A DNA stretch of 64,000 nt, from positions 619,968-683,967 of the forward strand of contig OZ316894.1 in assembly GCA_973895155.1 (NCBI GenBank), written 5' to 3'. The stretch is from Marsupella aquatica (lineage: Eukaryota > Plantae > Marchantiophyta). Shown one piece after another: positions 1 through 12,680 of this stretch. Position 1 is the stretch's first letter. The number at the start of each line of letters is the position of its first letter. The position numbers were made by a program, and so were the translations under genes. The notes beneath the pieces are model-generated. The model made no database searches. It was not told the origin of the DNA and saw only the letters and a program-made list of their open reading frames with translations.

Positions 1-2
1 AC

Positions 3-716
3 TTGGACCACCCGGAACTCTTCGTACAGGGTACGTTTCTGAACGGGCTTCTGGGAGATTTCTCTCATCAAATTGCCCGGGATACCGGGGAGTTCATGGC
101 TCGGAAGGTAGCCTGTTTCTTCAATCAGGAGTTGGTTGCCGCCGTAAAGGCAGGGCGGGCCCAGTCGGAGGCCCTTCAGAGGATAGAGCGGTACCGGGTG
201 GAGTCCGTGTACCTAAAGAACGAAGTGGCGGCTCAAGAGGCTGAGCTTCTGCAACTACGACCCAAGGTTGCAGCCGCCGATGAGTTGTTAGCAAAGGCGT
301 ACGCTCTTACCGCCCTAGCCGAACAGGCCAAAGCTGGGAACGAGGCCGAGATTACACGACTCCGGAACCAGATTGACAGTTTGAAGAAACAAGCTGTCAC
401 CTGGCAGAAAGACCTGGAGGAGGCCGAGGAGCGAGCCCAGCGGGACGCGACGGAGATAGCCACGCTGCAGGCCGAGATGGCGCGGCTCCAAACCGAGGCC
501 GAGAAGCAGGACCAGCTGGCGAGTAAACTGGCGAGCGACGCCCAGCAGCTGGAGGAGGCATGTCAGGAGGCAGCAGAGGAGACGGACGCGGCGAGGCGAG
601 AGAACGAATCTCTGCTGGACCAGGTCCAGCTCCTCAAAGCGGACAATGACAGGCTTCGAAGGCAGCGGGATGGCCGTTCCCATTCGGGCGGCTCTGGTAA
701 GCGTGCCAGGCATTAG
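3..716 (+). CDS. C-terminal part of family A coiled-coil protein
   Basis: Open frame rich in E/A/Q/L heptads, almost identical to the C-terminal 237 aa of ORF 50707..51906(-). Confidence 0.7.
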   Translation: MDHPELFVQGTFLNGLLGDFSHQIARDTGEFMARKVACFFNQELVAAVKAGRAQSEALQRIERYRVESVYLKNEVAAQEAELLQLRPKVAAADELLAKAYALTALAEQAKAGNEAEITRLRNQIDSLKKQAVTWQKDLEEAEERAQRDATEIATLQAEMARLQTEAEKQDQLASKLASDAQQLEEACQEAAEETDAARRENESLLDQVQLLKADNDRLRRQRDGRSHSGGSGKRARH

Positions 717-929
717 CGGCGGAGTAGGAATAGATTAGGATTAGGATTGGCTTAGTCAGGCTCTTGGGACAGGCACCTGCCTTAGGTACAGCAGCGCTGC
801 CCTGCTGTCCAGCCTGCGTAGATTAGGATCTTCTAATAAGACACAGCCGTTTTCCGGCCTGACTGTCAGCTTAGTTAGGACCTTAGTCAGCGAATCTTTG
901 GCGAGAGGGCACCCCGTTCCTCGGCTCTT

Positions 930-967
930 AGTATTTAGTGCACCCCTCGGTAGAGGCAAGGGGGGGG
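930..967 (+). promoter_or_regulatory. Putative LTR core promoter (TATA-like plus C-run/GGTAGAG/G-run) of family A
   Basis: AGTATTTAGTGCACCCCTCGGTAGAGGCAAGGGGGGGG aligns with AGTATATAGAGCAGCCCCCCGGTAGAGACGAGGGGGGGGGG at 3691-3731 in LTR C. Confidence 0.45.
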
Positions 968-2782
968 TTTTTAGTTTCAGAGTCGGACATCCGCGGGACA
1001 TGCGGGGAGTCCCGACCTCTGGGAATGACAGAGTACCAAGGGGAGGGGGTAGGACTAAGCTCGCCGGGCGAGTGCGGAGCCGGGCTCCGTTGTAGTGTGC
1101 ACCCTTGGCCTTGAACCTGTGCATTCCAGGGCTGTCGTGTCAACTAAGTGTACGCATATGTTCCCTTTGTAGTAAAATCCTTTCCCATCATTTTTCCTTC
1201 GTGTAAATCGAGATTGTATGCATGTGTGCGCATATGTGTGTGGGTTTCTCGTATATGGGTGCAGCGCTGGGCCGAACACACTACCCGAGACGGGCACAGG
1301 GTGCAGCCTGCGGGTAAGTGGTTGCGAGCACGGGTTGAGGACCTGTATCATCGAATCCGGATCGAAGGCGGACAGCACGAAGGCTTAGAAGCCCTTAAGC
1401 CGGGGTCGATCCTGCTATCGACTAAGGTACGTTCCGGCAGCGGAACACAAACCATACCTAGGAGGTGTCCGTATTTAGCAGTATGCGCACTTAGCGCTAG
1501 TTTACGAGAATAAGGTGCATTACGTGCTTCCCTTCCTGCCCGAACCCTCAGATTTACGAGGGATGTGCCCGTCTAAGCTGAAGTCTGAGTTAAGGCCGAA
1601 GCCTACGACGTGACAGTAGACCCAAAATTAGGAGAACATCGAATTGACCTCATGTTAGGGGCCAAATCATTTTGACAACCAATTCGAGGGATGAACCCTA
1701 AGTATTCCCTGATAGTCAAAACTGAAATCGACAAGCTAGTGGAAGCCGGATTCATCACTCCAGCCCTACACTTAGACTGGGTGTCTCCAATTGTGATAGT
1801 TCCCAAGAAAGCTGGTAAACCCAAGATCCGGGTTTGTCAGGATTACAAGAAGTTAAATGAGGCTACGTTAAAAGACCATTTTCCTTTACCCTTTACTGAT
1901 ATGGTGCTAGACATGGTAGCCAGTCATGAACTATACTCATTCATGGATGGGTACTCTGGTTATAACCAAATCAGGATTAGGCACGACGACCAAATCAAGA
2001 CGGCCTTCATCACGGAATGGGGGATCTATGTCTTCAATCGTATGCCGTTTGGACTCTGTAACGCACCAGCTATGTTCCAATGATTAATGGTGAACATTTT
2101 CCATGACTACTTGAGAAAGTTCATGGAAATCTTCATTGACGACTTTGTAGTATTTGGGAAGGCATTGAAACATGCTAAGTACCTAAGGAAGACCTTCATG
2201 AGATGCAGAAAGGTAGGTCTCAAGTTACACCCAGATAAATGTTTCTTTGGAGTAACAAAGGGGGTGCTGCTAGGTCACAAGGTATCTAAGAAGGGCATTG
2301 AGATTGACAAAGGTAAGCTAGCAGTATGGCTAGATATCATGCAACCTAAGAACATAAAGGATGTAAGATCCTTCTTGGGGTGCATTGGGTATTATCGTCG
2401 GTTCATCAAGGATTTTGTTGTGACGCCAATGACATGGTCCTTATTTTGTAATCTGATTAAGTAGGTTGCTGTATGCAAGGAGTAGCTATTGATATTGCAT
2501 AACAATTAGCAAGATGGCAAGAATAAGGGCAATCATGGCGTTAAGAGTAGGGAAATAAAAGCTATGTCGCGGGTGGTCGGCGACCACATCTCTTTCAATA
2601 TGTCACCAAATCCGGATCTGTAAAGAGCATTGGAAAGATCTGGTCAAGGCGAGTAAAATCGATATAAAACACTTGAGAAACGGAGGTGTATTAAGGAAGA
2701 TACGGCCCGATTAGTGTAACGGGTTAACTTGTGGCCGGAATTAGCAGATTCGGCTTCAGTTTCGGGTTAACCCAAGCTCGGC

Positions 2783-3131
2783 CACGGCTTAGCTTAGGTA
2801 AGCACGGCTTCAGCTTAGCTTAGGTAAGCACGGCTTCAGCTTAGCTCAGGTGAGAACGGCTTCAGCTTAGCTTAGGTAAGCACGGCTTCAGCTTAGCTTA
2901 GGTAAGCACGGCTTCAGCTTAGCTCAGGTGAGAACGGCTTCAGCTTAGCTTAGGTAAGCACGGCTTCAGCTTAGCTCAGGTGAGAACGGCTTCAGCTTAG
3001 CTCAGGTGAGAATGGTTTCAGCTTAGCTCAGGTGAGAACGGCTTCAGCTTAGCTCAGATGAGAACGGCTTCAGCTTAGCTCAGGTAAGCACGGCTTCAGC
3101 TTAGCTTAGGTCAGCACAGCTTCAGCTTAGG
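2783..3131. repeat. 26-bp tandem array (~13 units) in putative U3 of LTR C
   Basis: Units CACGGCTTCAGCTTAGCTTAGGTAAG and AACGGCTTCAGCTTAGCTCAGGTGAG are interspersed. Confidence 0.9.
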
Positions 3132-3690
3132 CTTAACCTAGGTTTGGATTAGATTGATCCCGGGTTAGACTTAACTCGGGTTAGCCTAAACCCTAAAACT
3201 TGGGCTCAGGTTAGCATAGGTAAGCTCGGATTCGGGCTCAGCTTAGGCTAGGTTAGCGGATAGCGGGTAGCGGCCTAACCCGAGACCACGGGTTAGCTCT
3301 ACTCAGGTTAGATAGGATGGCTAGGTTAGCCGAACTCGGGTTAGCTATGTAACTCGGGTTAGCGCAGCAGTGAGTACCCCCTCTCGGTTGCGGGGGCATA
3401 ACTCTCTATGTATTTGACCAAATCGGCTATAATTGACCTCGTTGGAAAGAGGAGCTCAAGCCGCTTCCAACGCTGCTATCCACGCAGCAAATGGTTGAAT
3501 AGAGAAATCGGGAGAGGAGGCACAAGCTCGCGAAAACCATGGAGGAGGGCCAAATCCGAAGTACATAGCCAATTCAAGATAGAAATAAAGTTGCGAGTTA
3601 GGGTTCAGTAGTTAGAGATAGTGGCGGCTCTGTTAGGGCTGGGATGGGGCTCCAACAGCGTAGTATCCACCCATTTGGGCTCAGTATGAG

Positions 3691-3731
3691 AGTATATAGA
3701 GCAGCCCCCCGGTAGAGACGAGGGGGGGGGG
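3691..3731 (+). promoter_or_regulatory. Putative TATA/core promoter of LTR C
   Basis: GTATATAGA followed by C-run, GGTAGAG and G-run; homologous to 930-967. Confidence 0.5.
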
Positions 3732-6700
3732 AACTTCAGTTGTGTGATCTCACGTAGATTGAGCAGCAGGGAGGAGCTCTATGCAAGCAAGGCTGGACTT
3801 GGACGCTGCATGTTGGGGAGAGCTTGGTGGTGCTATTACTCAGGGAGTAATCATCCAAGCTTCACAGCAACGGGTTGCTAGGTTTGCGAGTTGGATTGTG
3901 GCTCTTTCTAGTGGGCAGCACAACTGGGTTCTTTTCCCCCGATACAGAGCCTTGGTGATAGGTGATGTATTGGTGATTGTAAACTGTGGGGAGGATTTCA
4001 ATTTGATTTATGGTGAGCACATTAGGGAGGCTGAGACACTGATTGAGGGGCAGCAGGAGGAGCATTTACAGTTCAGTCTGGCAAGGCTACGTGATCCATG
4101 GGGAGTCCCGGCCTTTGTCTGGTGGAGAGCACTAAGGGATCTATGGCCAGAGCTGAGCTTGCAGGGCAAGCGTGAGGCCGGGCCTCATTGCAGTCTGGGG
4201 TAGATCGCCGTTAGGCCTGGTACCAGCTTTGAAGTCGAGTCAACCGTGCATGCGTACTTGACATTCTGAAATGGAGGTGTGAGATCTGTACGTGCCCCCA
4301 AGAATGAAGTGCAATGAAGGAGGTTGAGTTCAGGATTGAGTTTGCAAGGCAAGTACGGGATTGGTTCGAGTCCAATCTGCCATCGCAATCTGGAGTGAGC
4401 CGGGCTCAGGTTCAGGATTGAGCTTGCATGGCAAGCATGGGGCTTGCGGGGCAAGCACGTCGCAATCTGGAGGAGACAGCCTTCGGGCCTATTGTTCGGA
4501 TCAAGTGTTCTCAGTGAACTATTGTGCACATATTTGAATCTAACTGAGTTTTCCTCTCAGGCCTCATTTCTCTCATGGATGTGTGTGTGAGGCAATCTGA
4601 GTGTATGATGAGACTAGCAGCGCCACTGAAAGGTGTACCGGGTGCATTGAAGTGGGTTGGGTGAGGGCTATCACAGCTCTGATTGCTGAGAGTGGAATGG
4701 CAGAGTGGTGGGGCAATGGCTTAGAAGTCCCTAAGCCGGGAATCAATCAGGAGTCACTGGTTTATGGGTACATTCCGGCGGCGGAATAGAAATATACCTA
4801 TGACAGTAAGCATACGTATAGACATATGCGCACCGTAGCGCTAGGCCCTGTGTGTACGGGCCCGATATGAAGACCCCTTCTCACCAGAACTATCATGAGC
4901 ACAGGATCTGATTCCCAACCTTGGTTCCTAGGGATTGAGCTTGGGTGATGTGTGACGGAGTCTTGCTATGATAGTCTGGTGTTAAGGGCATAAACTGGTG
5001 TTTACCGGCCTTCACAACATCCCTTCGTGATCCTCAGGTACAAGGAGATGGTTTTGGCACCCATAGTGACGTTTTTTGTGTTAAGACCCATGTCAATCGC
5101 GTGACATTTGCCAAGCTAGCTTTACCATTAACCAACATGCTCAAGGTAGGTGCAGACTTTGAACCCACACCAGAAAGAGTAACAGTTGTGGTGGAATTAA
5201 AGCAAATGTTAGTGGAGGCCCCAGTCCTGATAGCACCAGACTGGAACAAGGATTTTCATGTCTTCGTAGATGTCTCAGGCTTCTATATCGGCTCAGTACT
5301 AAGTCAGTTGGATGAAAAAGGAAGGGACCATCCCATATACTTTGCAAGCCGCCAGCTTGCCAATGCTGAACAAAACTACTCCACCACAGAAAGAGAAGCA
5401 TTAGGAGTCATTTATTTGTGTAAAAAGTTTAGGCATTATTTGCTAGGATACAAGGTAATCTTTCATACTGATCATGAAAGTTTGAAGTACCTAGTAAATA
5501 AGCCGGACCTTATAGGTAGGGTAGCAAGATGGATTTTGCTATTACAGGAATTTGACTACGAACTAAAAATCAAGCCCGGGAAAACTACACGCCAATGCCT
5601 TCTTTTCAAGGATCACAGGTGAGCCTGCCACAGATTGCATCGATGACCGATTCCCCGATGAGGAGCTATTCGTTGTGGAAATAACTTATACATGGTACTC
5701 TGAGATTTTGCAATTTCTCAGCACGTCCCGATTACAGCCAGGGCTAACCCAAGAACAAGCCGTAGTCTTTCTATGGAAGGTCAGACAGTATCAGTGCATT
5801 AAGGGCGTGCTCCACAGGTATGGGATCAGCGGCACGATTCAAAGGTGTTTGGAGAAGGGAGAGGTAAAACGAGTCTTACGGGCTATGCATGGAGAAGAAG
5901 CCGGGGGACATTTTGCTCCAGTAACCACGTCCAAAAAGATATTAGATGTCGGTTACTGGTGGCCCACCTTGCACAAGGATGTCTATCAGTTTATCAAACA
6001 ATGCGATCCTTGTCAGCGAGCGGGAGGACCAAGGGCATCCACAAGACATCCTCTACACCCTATTCTACCTCTGCCACCATTCGAGAAGTGGGGTATTGAT
6101 TTCATGGGACCTCTGAAACCATTGACCCATCCTCGGAGAAACAAGTACATAATCCTGGCCACGGATTATGCAACTAAGTGGGTAGAGGCCAGGCCGACAA
6201 CGAAGGATGATGCAATTACTATGGCTCGATTCATGTATGAGCAGATCTTCACCAGGTATGGCGCACCCCTAGAATTAGTTAGTGATAGAGGAACCCATTT
6301 TCTGAATGATATAATTAGTCGTTTAAATAATCAGTATTTAGTTAGACATAGGCCTACTACTCCTTACCACCCAAAGGCAAATGGGTTGACAAAAAGAGCC
6401 AATGGAATTATAGGAAAAATATTGAACAAAACCGTAGCTCAGAACAAACTCGATTGGGATGATAAATTGTTTGCTGGTGTTTTTGCTTACAATTTAGCCT
6501 ATAAATCCACTACCGGTCATACACCCTTTTTCTTAACCTTTGGGCAGGAGGCTCTGGTACCCATGCAACTTGAGATTCCTAATTTCAAGTTATAATTGAG
6601 GAGAGAGCCTCAGAGGAGGAAAGCCTAAAGGAGCGAGAATATAGATTAGAGGCCTTAGAAGAAGCAAGAATGATTTCAGCTGAGAGGATAGAATATAGAC

Positions 6701-7844
6701 AGAATACCATGAAGCAACAGTATGATAAAAAGTTGAAACCAGTTAGTATTCACACAGGAGATCTTGTATTACTTTATGACAGTAGGTATAGTAGGTTTCT
6801 AGGTAAACTTTATACTCGCTGGTTAGGACCTTTCAGGGTAACCATGATGTTCTCCAATGGCTCCGTGCAATTGGCCAACATTACTAGAGAGGTGTACCCA
6901 GTTCGCATCCATTACGACCGCCTCAAGAAATACTATATGGACAAAGATGAAGTTGTTCGCGAGGACGCTTCACAATTAAGTGGGGAGCTATGTGATGCCT
7001 AGCCAGGAATCACTAGGCCAGTTTAAATGGAAAAAATGAGAAGTGTACCCTAGAAACACATTAGTATAGTGACAAAAAACATGGAAAATATAAACAATTA
7101 AGGGTGACTATGGATGTGGTGCGTCCCATGGCTCCCCAAACCCAAGAAACCCCCCTGCGCAGGCCAATTCCCGTAGGTTTTGTCCCTGGCGAGGCCGTTT
7201 TCGCGGCTTAGCGGCATGGGACGCTGCTAACTTCCTTCTACTACTTCTATTAACATTTTACACACATATACTAGACAGATCCTTCATCGGGTCATGAGAT
7301 ACGTAGCCGGCCTAATCTAGGCCTTCCCTTGTATTCTTTCTTTAGGTATATTTGGATTCCGCCGCCGGAATGATCCCCAATTGGCTTGGTTAAGCCGCTA
7401 AGACCTCTCTCAGCTCGACACATCCAACTCTCACTCCCTTGCTTACTTCCCTTCTCTCCTTTAGTTGATGTGGGCACTCTTCACACAAGTTAATGCGACA
7501 CACAAATAGCAAAATGACTCCTTCTGACTGAGTTATACGATGCACTTGCCATACAAACAGTACATCTCATACACAAGTTCTGCGAACTAAGCCGTGAGGC
7601 CAACTCTATTAAGCTCTTAGGCATGAGGAAACATGAATATACACAAGGGTCACCGTATAACTAACCGAGAGCTTCTCTTACTACTTGATCCCAGCCCTAC
7701 TGGTGCAACTAAAAACTTGCTAAGAAGAGGCCCTGAACTCCCCGCTGCCCAGGTACTTATCCGGGTAGTGGATCCGCCTAATTCCTTGCAGCGTAAGCCT
7801 AATCTATCCTACCCATAATCTACCTAACTACAGCGAGGCAGGAG

Positions 7845-10800
7845 TGTGATGCCTAGACAGGAATCACTCGGCCAGTTAAGTGGGTAAAGCAGGAAGGCAC
7901 CCTAGGAACACCTTAGTATAGGGACAAAACAAGGAAAATATAAACCATTAGGGGCAACCATGGAACCCGGGCCGAGGCCGGAGGTAAGGACGCTGAGGGT
8001 GAAAACTCGATTAGGGTTAGGGCGCGTTAAGCATCGGCGGCTAGGAAGGATCAACGGGAAGAAGGACCGGCAGAGGAGAGGGGTAAGGAGCGCTTGCAGG
8101 AGATGGTGGCTCATTTGCGAGCACGAACTAGGCAGACGACTACGGGAGCCCAACTACTGTCAGCTGCTTAGGCAAGCACTCGGGGAGAGAGTAGATACCG
8201 ACGATCGACCTAAGGAGGGTATGAGCAACGTCAATCAAGCGGCACATTTCTGGGGATGCCTGTTCGAACGGGCAACTGAGTACATCAAGACTTACGAGGA
8301 TGAGGAATCAAAAAGGGCAGCTCGAGAACGGCAGGAGCTCGCTCGATTGTGGGAGCTGCAGAAGACGGCTTTCTTAGGAGGCGAACTCATCAAGGACGAG
8401 TTCCTGTGGACGCCTACTTCCAATCAACTCGACGATCTTCTGTTTTGCAAAGACAGCGTCGTCGGCATCCGAGAGGCCATCAAGAACTGCAACGACATAC
8501 ACTGGGAATTAAAGGGTAGCACGGAAAGGTGGACCCAGGCAATGGTGCTAGGAGAAACCTCCACGGCAGCAAAGATGAAGAGGAAGGGAGCCGTCAACGA
8601 TGAAGCCACCCCGGCAAAAAGAACGAGGTCGGCGGCACCAAAGAAGCCAGCCGAGCAGCAGAGCAGGAGGCAGGGAGAAGCCGAAGAGGAGGAGGTCGAT
8701 CCCATCAAGGCCATTCCAACCAGGGATGACACCTGGAAGGGCTGGGCGGCAACCCTACCGGTGGAGGTGCAACTACATTTTGCACGGGAGGAGGATGCAT
8801 GCTTCACGGCCATGCAGACCAAGAAGTACCAAGGCTTCATGGCCGGATCCGGCTTAGAGGCCTTTGTAAGATTACCATGGCTGAAGCCGGAGGTACCGGA
8901 GTCAGACCTATTAGAATTCGTGGGGTCATGGGAACCCGAGACCAATTGCATGAGGATATATGGGAAGGATTTCTATCTTACTCCCAAGGTAATTGCCGAA
9001 GTGTTTGGCTTGCCGATAGGCAATAAGACCAAAGTTGAGACCAGGAAGACCTTGCCTGACAAGGAGTTCCGGTCGTTCCCCGGGCCATCAACGAAGAATG
9101 GCTTCTTCCGGAACACCTACACCAACCCGCACATAGGAGAGATGATCGACTTCTTGCGGGTGACCATGCATTGTAACTTGCCGAGGGCAGAGATCGGCAA
9201 GGCACAGGTCTATCTGGCAGAAAGGCCAGACCCAAGCCGGGACTACAACGGGTACCTCCTCAACCAATTGAAGAAGATCTTAAAGGAGGAGCAGCAGGTA
9301 ATCGGCATGGGGAGCGTGTCGCGGCTTGGCTATCACATGCCGCTGTTGTGCCGGTATGCCAGAGGTCAGACTTTTGCCCCGGTACTTCCCCTGCAGGTAA
9401 GGGCACCCGAGGAAGCTCCAACGCCGAGGCCGTTGGCTGAGAAGCCTCAACCACCTGTTAGCCCTACGATCGAGCAGGTGTTTAGGCCCAGGAAGGAGGA
9501 CTTGCCAATGCAGCAACCAGGCATGCAGAGTCTGCTGAAACTACTGGAGAAAGAAAAGAAATCGGCATCAGCAACAACAACGGCAACGGCAACAATGCAC
9601 GACACTACTACAGAGGTAGGCCTACACCGGCTCACAAGAGAAAACCCCTTTGCTGGAGACAAGGAGAGAATCAGGCCTGAATCCAAGCCAGGTGTTTGAA
9701 TGTATGTGGGAATCTCAAGCTCCGAATCCGAGGCAGAATTGCCTGAAGCTCCTACCGACGAAGAGGAGAGGGAGAAGCCGGACGGCCAAGAAGTAGAGGA
9801 GGCAGTGGAGGACTGCAGCCATGATAATTCCGGCTATGGGTCGGACCATCACGTCCCAGGAGTAAGGACCTGTGGCCGGTTTGTCCCCACACTTCCAAGG
9901 GTAGTGCGAGGGGACCCCAACCAGCAGAGTAGCCCTGAGTCTCCCCCACCAGATGTTGCTCCCCCGAGCTTCGACGGCATAAAACAGACGGTGCAGGAAT
10001 TTCAGGAGCGAATCAAGCAGGAAGAGGAGGCAGCCCTGGCTAGGGAAAAGGATTTACCAGGAGGAGATTGGCCGGAGGACATCAAGCGGCTAGCCAAAAA
10101 AGGAAGCAAACCTCTAGCCACGATTGAAGAGATCCGTAAGACGGCTTGGGAGCAGAGGCCGCGATGGGCGATGCCGATCACTTCTACTTACTCCACCTAC
10201 GCTAAGAATAGAGCCATGGAGTATGGTGAGATGTGTGGGGAACTTGCGCTCGGCATCTTCGGAGAGGAGTTGGAGGTAGGACCCTTTTTCCATAGGGAGC
10301 AGTTGGAGAAGCACCAATTAGAAGAAGCGGTGGCTTTAGAGAGAAGCAAGAAGGACGAGGTCATTCGGCGGCTTAGGAGGATGGAAGCCGAGATTGAAGA
10401 TCTAAGGGCGGCCAAGAAAGCCCAAGATGAACTGCGGATTAAACGACATGAGCTGAACATCATGCAGGGGCAGTTGGACACCGCGCAGGCTGATAATCAG
10501 AATATCAAGGATAAACTGACTCAGACGCAGGGAGAGTTGGCCGACACGATCAAAGAGAGGGAGAAGTGGAAGCAAGAGCTGAAGAATACAGAGGAGGCCC
10601 ACATAACAGCCAACAGCCGGGCCATGGCGGAGACCCAAAGAAAGGAATGGGCGTTGAAGGGGGAGCTCGAGAAAATCCGCGGAGCCCTTGAGCAGAAGGA
10701 GGCCGAGTTAGGGAAATCCTATCAAGGGATTATGGCGCTGCAGCAGGAGCTTGCGTCCCTGACGGCCAGCTTCAAGGCCGACCTAAGGGAGAAGGACGAG

Positions 10801-12506
10801 ATGCTCGAACAGACTTACGCCAAGATGAACCAGATGGAGTCTGTCATCATTGCAGAGCTCGACAAGGAGCTAAGAGCAACCCAGGAGGAGAGGACTACCT
10901 TGAAACAAGAACGGGAGGAAGCCCAGAAGGAACTAGAGGAGGCACGCAAGGACCTGGATGAGACCCAGGAGGAGTTGGAGGAAATCACGAGGAAGATGGA
11001 GAACCTCCAGCGGCGGGCCGACAACCAAACGGAGCGGCTGAAGAAACAAGCCGCAGTATTTAAGTGCTTGTCTTCATCAGGCCCAACTCCAATTGGGGCA
11101 ACCAAGTTACCAGGAGTGGTACTGGCCGAAGAAAAAGCCGCGCCAACTGCACCAGTGCCGGAAGTAAGTGGGAAGGGGAAGGGACCAGCTGCCGAACCAG
11201 AAAAGAAGAAAAAGCGGAAACCTTCAGGGTCAAGGAGTAATCCGACTCCACAAGCCGTGGTGACCAAAGAGGTAGAACCAGCACCATCCTCCGGCATGAA
11301 TACGGCAATAGATCCCGCTATCATCACAGGTGGGGGTGGTGCGGCCCAAGCCGAACTACTCAGTAATGAGGCCGGTATTCCAGATCCGCCTCTTGAGCAG
11401 GCCGGGGAGACCGTAGCCGAGGCTGAGGCCGTAACCGATTCCCAAGCCAATGCCGACGCCGATGGTGGACCCAGTCAGGCCGAGGGAGAATTGACTCAGT
11501 CAAGGACAGGTAATCTGTCAAGGAATGAGCCTACGGCAGTGGCTGAGGAGGAAGCGTTGGGGGCGTCCATTAAGGATCCACCACCGGTGTCGTGACGGTG
11601 CAAGGGCGCCGTTCCTTTTAGGGAGGGCGGACGTGGAGGGAGGAGGCGTGAGTGGGCAGGGCGGGCGCGGATCTCCACGTTTAGGATTAGGATCAGAACC
11701 AGGAGCGGCCCTGACACTTAGCTTAGTGGGATTGCGGTCCCACTGGTAGGAGCAACACTTGTGCTCCTGCCTTGCTGTACATAGGTAGATTCGGGCAAGT
11801 AGATTACTGTTAGGTAGATTAGGCTTACGATGCAAAGAATGGCGGATCCACTACCAGGATAAGTACCTGGGCAGCGGGGAGCTCAGGGCCTCTTCTTTAG
11901 CAAGTTTTTAGTTTGCACCAGCCGGGCTGGGATCAAGTAGTACGAGAAGCTCTCGGTTAGTCATACAGTGACCCTTGTGTATATTCATGTTTCCTCATGC
12001 CTAAGAGCTGAATAGAGTTGGCCTCACGGCTTAGTTCGCAGAACTTGTGTATGAGATGTACTGTTTGTATGGCAAGTGCATGGTATGACTCAGTCAGAAT
12101 GAGTCATTTTGCTATTTGTGTGTCGCATTAACTTGTGTGAAGAGTGCCCACATCAACCAAAAGGAAGGAAAGTAAGCAGGGGAGTGAGAGTTGGATGTGT
12201 CGAGCTGAGAGAGGTCTTAGCGGCTTAACCAAGCCTATTGGGGATCATTCCGGCGGCGGAATCCAAACATACCTAACAAGACGGAGGGGAAGACAGGGGA
12301 AGGCCTAGATTAGGCCGGCTACGTATCTCATGACCCGATGAAGGATCTGTCCAGTATATGTGTGTAAAATGTTAATAGTAGTAGTAGAAGGTTAGCAGCA
12401 TCCCATGCCGCTAAGCCGCGGAAACGGCCTCGCCAAGCGCAAAACCTGCGGGAATCGGCTTGAGCTGGGGGTTTCTTGGGTTTAGGGAGCCATGGGACGC
12501 ACCACA
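7845..12506 (+). mobile_element. Family B copy B3 (4662 bp), nested in B2
   Basis: TGTGATGC...GCACCACA termini; exact TSD AGGAG at 7840-7844 and 12507-12511. Confidence 0.95.
7960..11595 (+). pseudogene. Family B long ORF (Athila-ORF1/plant transposon protein-like domain plus long coiled coil), one premature stop
   Basis: ORFs 7960..9699 and 9700..11595 are in the same frame, separated by TGA where B4 has CGA. Contains motif LLEFVGSW..RIYGKDFYLTPKVIAEVFGLP and a heptad-rich C-terminal half. Confidence 0.8.
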
Positions 12507-12680
12507 AGGAGCACAAGTGTTGTTCCTACGAGTAAATCCGCAATCCCACTAATCTAAGTGTCAGGGCTGTCTCCTGGTCCTGATCCTCATCCTAATCTTG
12601 GAGATCCGAGCCCGCCCTGCCCACTCACGCCTCCTACCTCCATGTCCGCCCTTCCTAAAAGGAACGGCGCCCTTGCACCG

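Larger units (their letters stand above)
1..1615 (+). mobile_element. Family A LTR-like unit, copy A1 (left part outside window), inserted in gypsy pol
   Basis: Ends ...CGACGTGACA at 1615, and gypsy RT-region codons (VDPKLGEHRIDL) start immediately after. A near-identical inverted copy starts TGTCACGTCG at 49809. Confidence 0.85.
2419..5106 (+). mobile_element. Solo LTR (family C, 2.7 kb)
   Basis: TGTGACGC...GCGTGACA termini and 5-bp TSD TTTGT/TTTGC (one transition). Removing it restores pol. Contains a TATA at ~3693 and no pol. Confidence 0.85.
1616..6990 (+). pseudogene. Ty3/gypsy pol (RT, RNase H, integrase), non-chromovirus-like, decayed and interrupted by solo LTR C
   Basis: RT motifs WVSPIVIVPKK, DGYSGYNQI, MPFGLCNAP, FIDD. 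RNase H motifs FVDVSG, NYSTTERE, HTDH. Integrase motifs GGHF..CDPC, WGIDFMG, SDRGTHF, YHPKANG, plus GPF motif. Several stops and frameshifts; the frame is restored across 2419-5106 (KDFAKLA). Confidence 0.93.

Noticed and set aside
3186-3197. Telomeric repeat (CTAAACCCTAAA)
   Set aside because: Fewer than two units, so at most a telo-box-like motif.
3781-4529. ORFs inside LTR C
   Set aside because: Short, with no recognisable motifs and no second copy to show conservation.
12325-12360. Hammerhead ribozyme/retrozyme in the B tail (CCGATGA)
   Set aside because: There is no CTGATGA core with a correctly placed GAAA and stems.
7845-12506. Family B as a Ginger/Polinton or other autonomous DNA transposon
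   Set aside because: It has only an 8-bp imperfect IR, no recognisable integrase/DDE or polymerase motifs, and a tail sharing motifs with LTR C.
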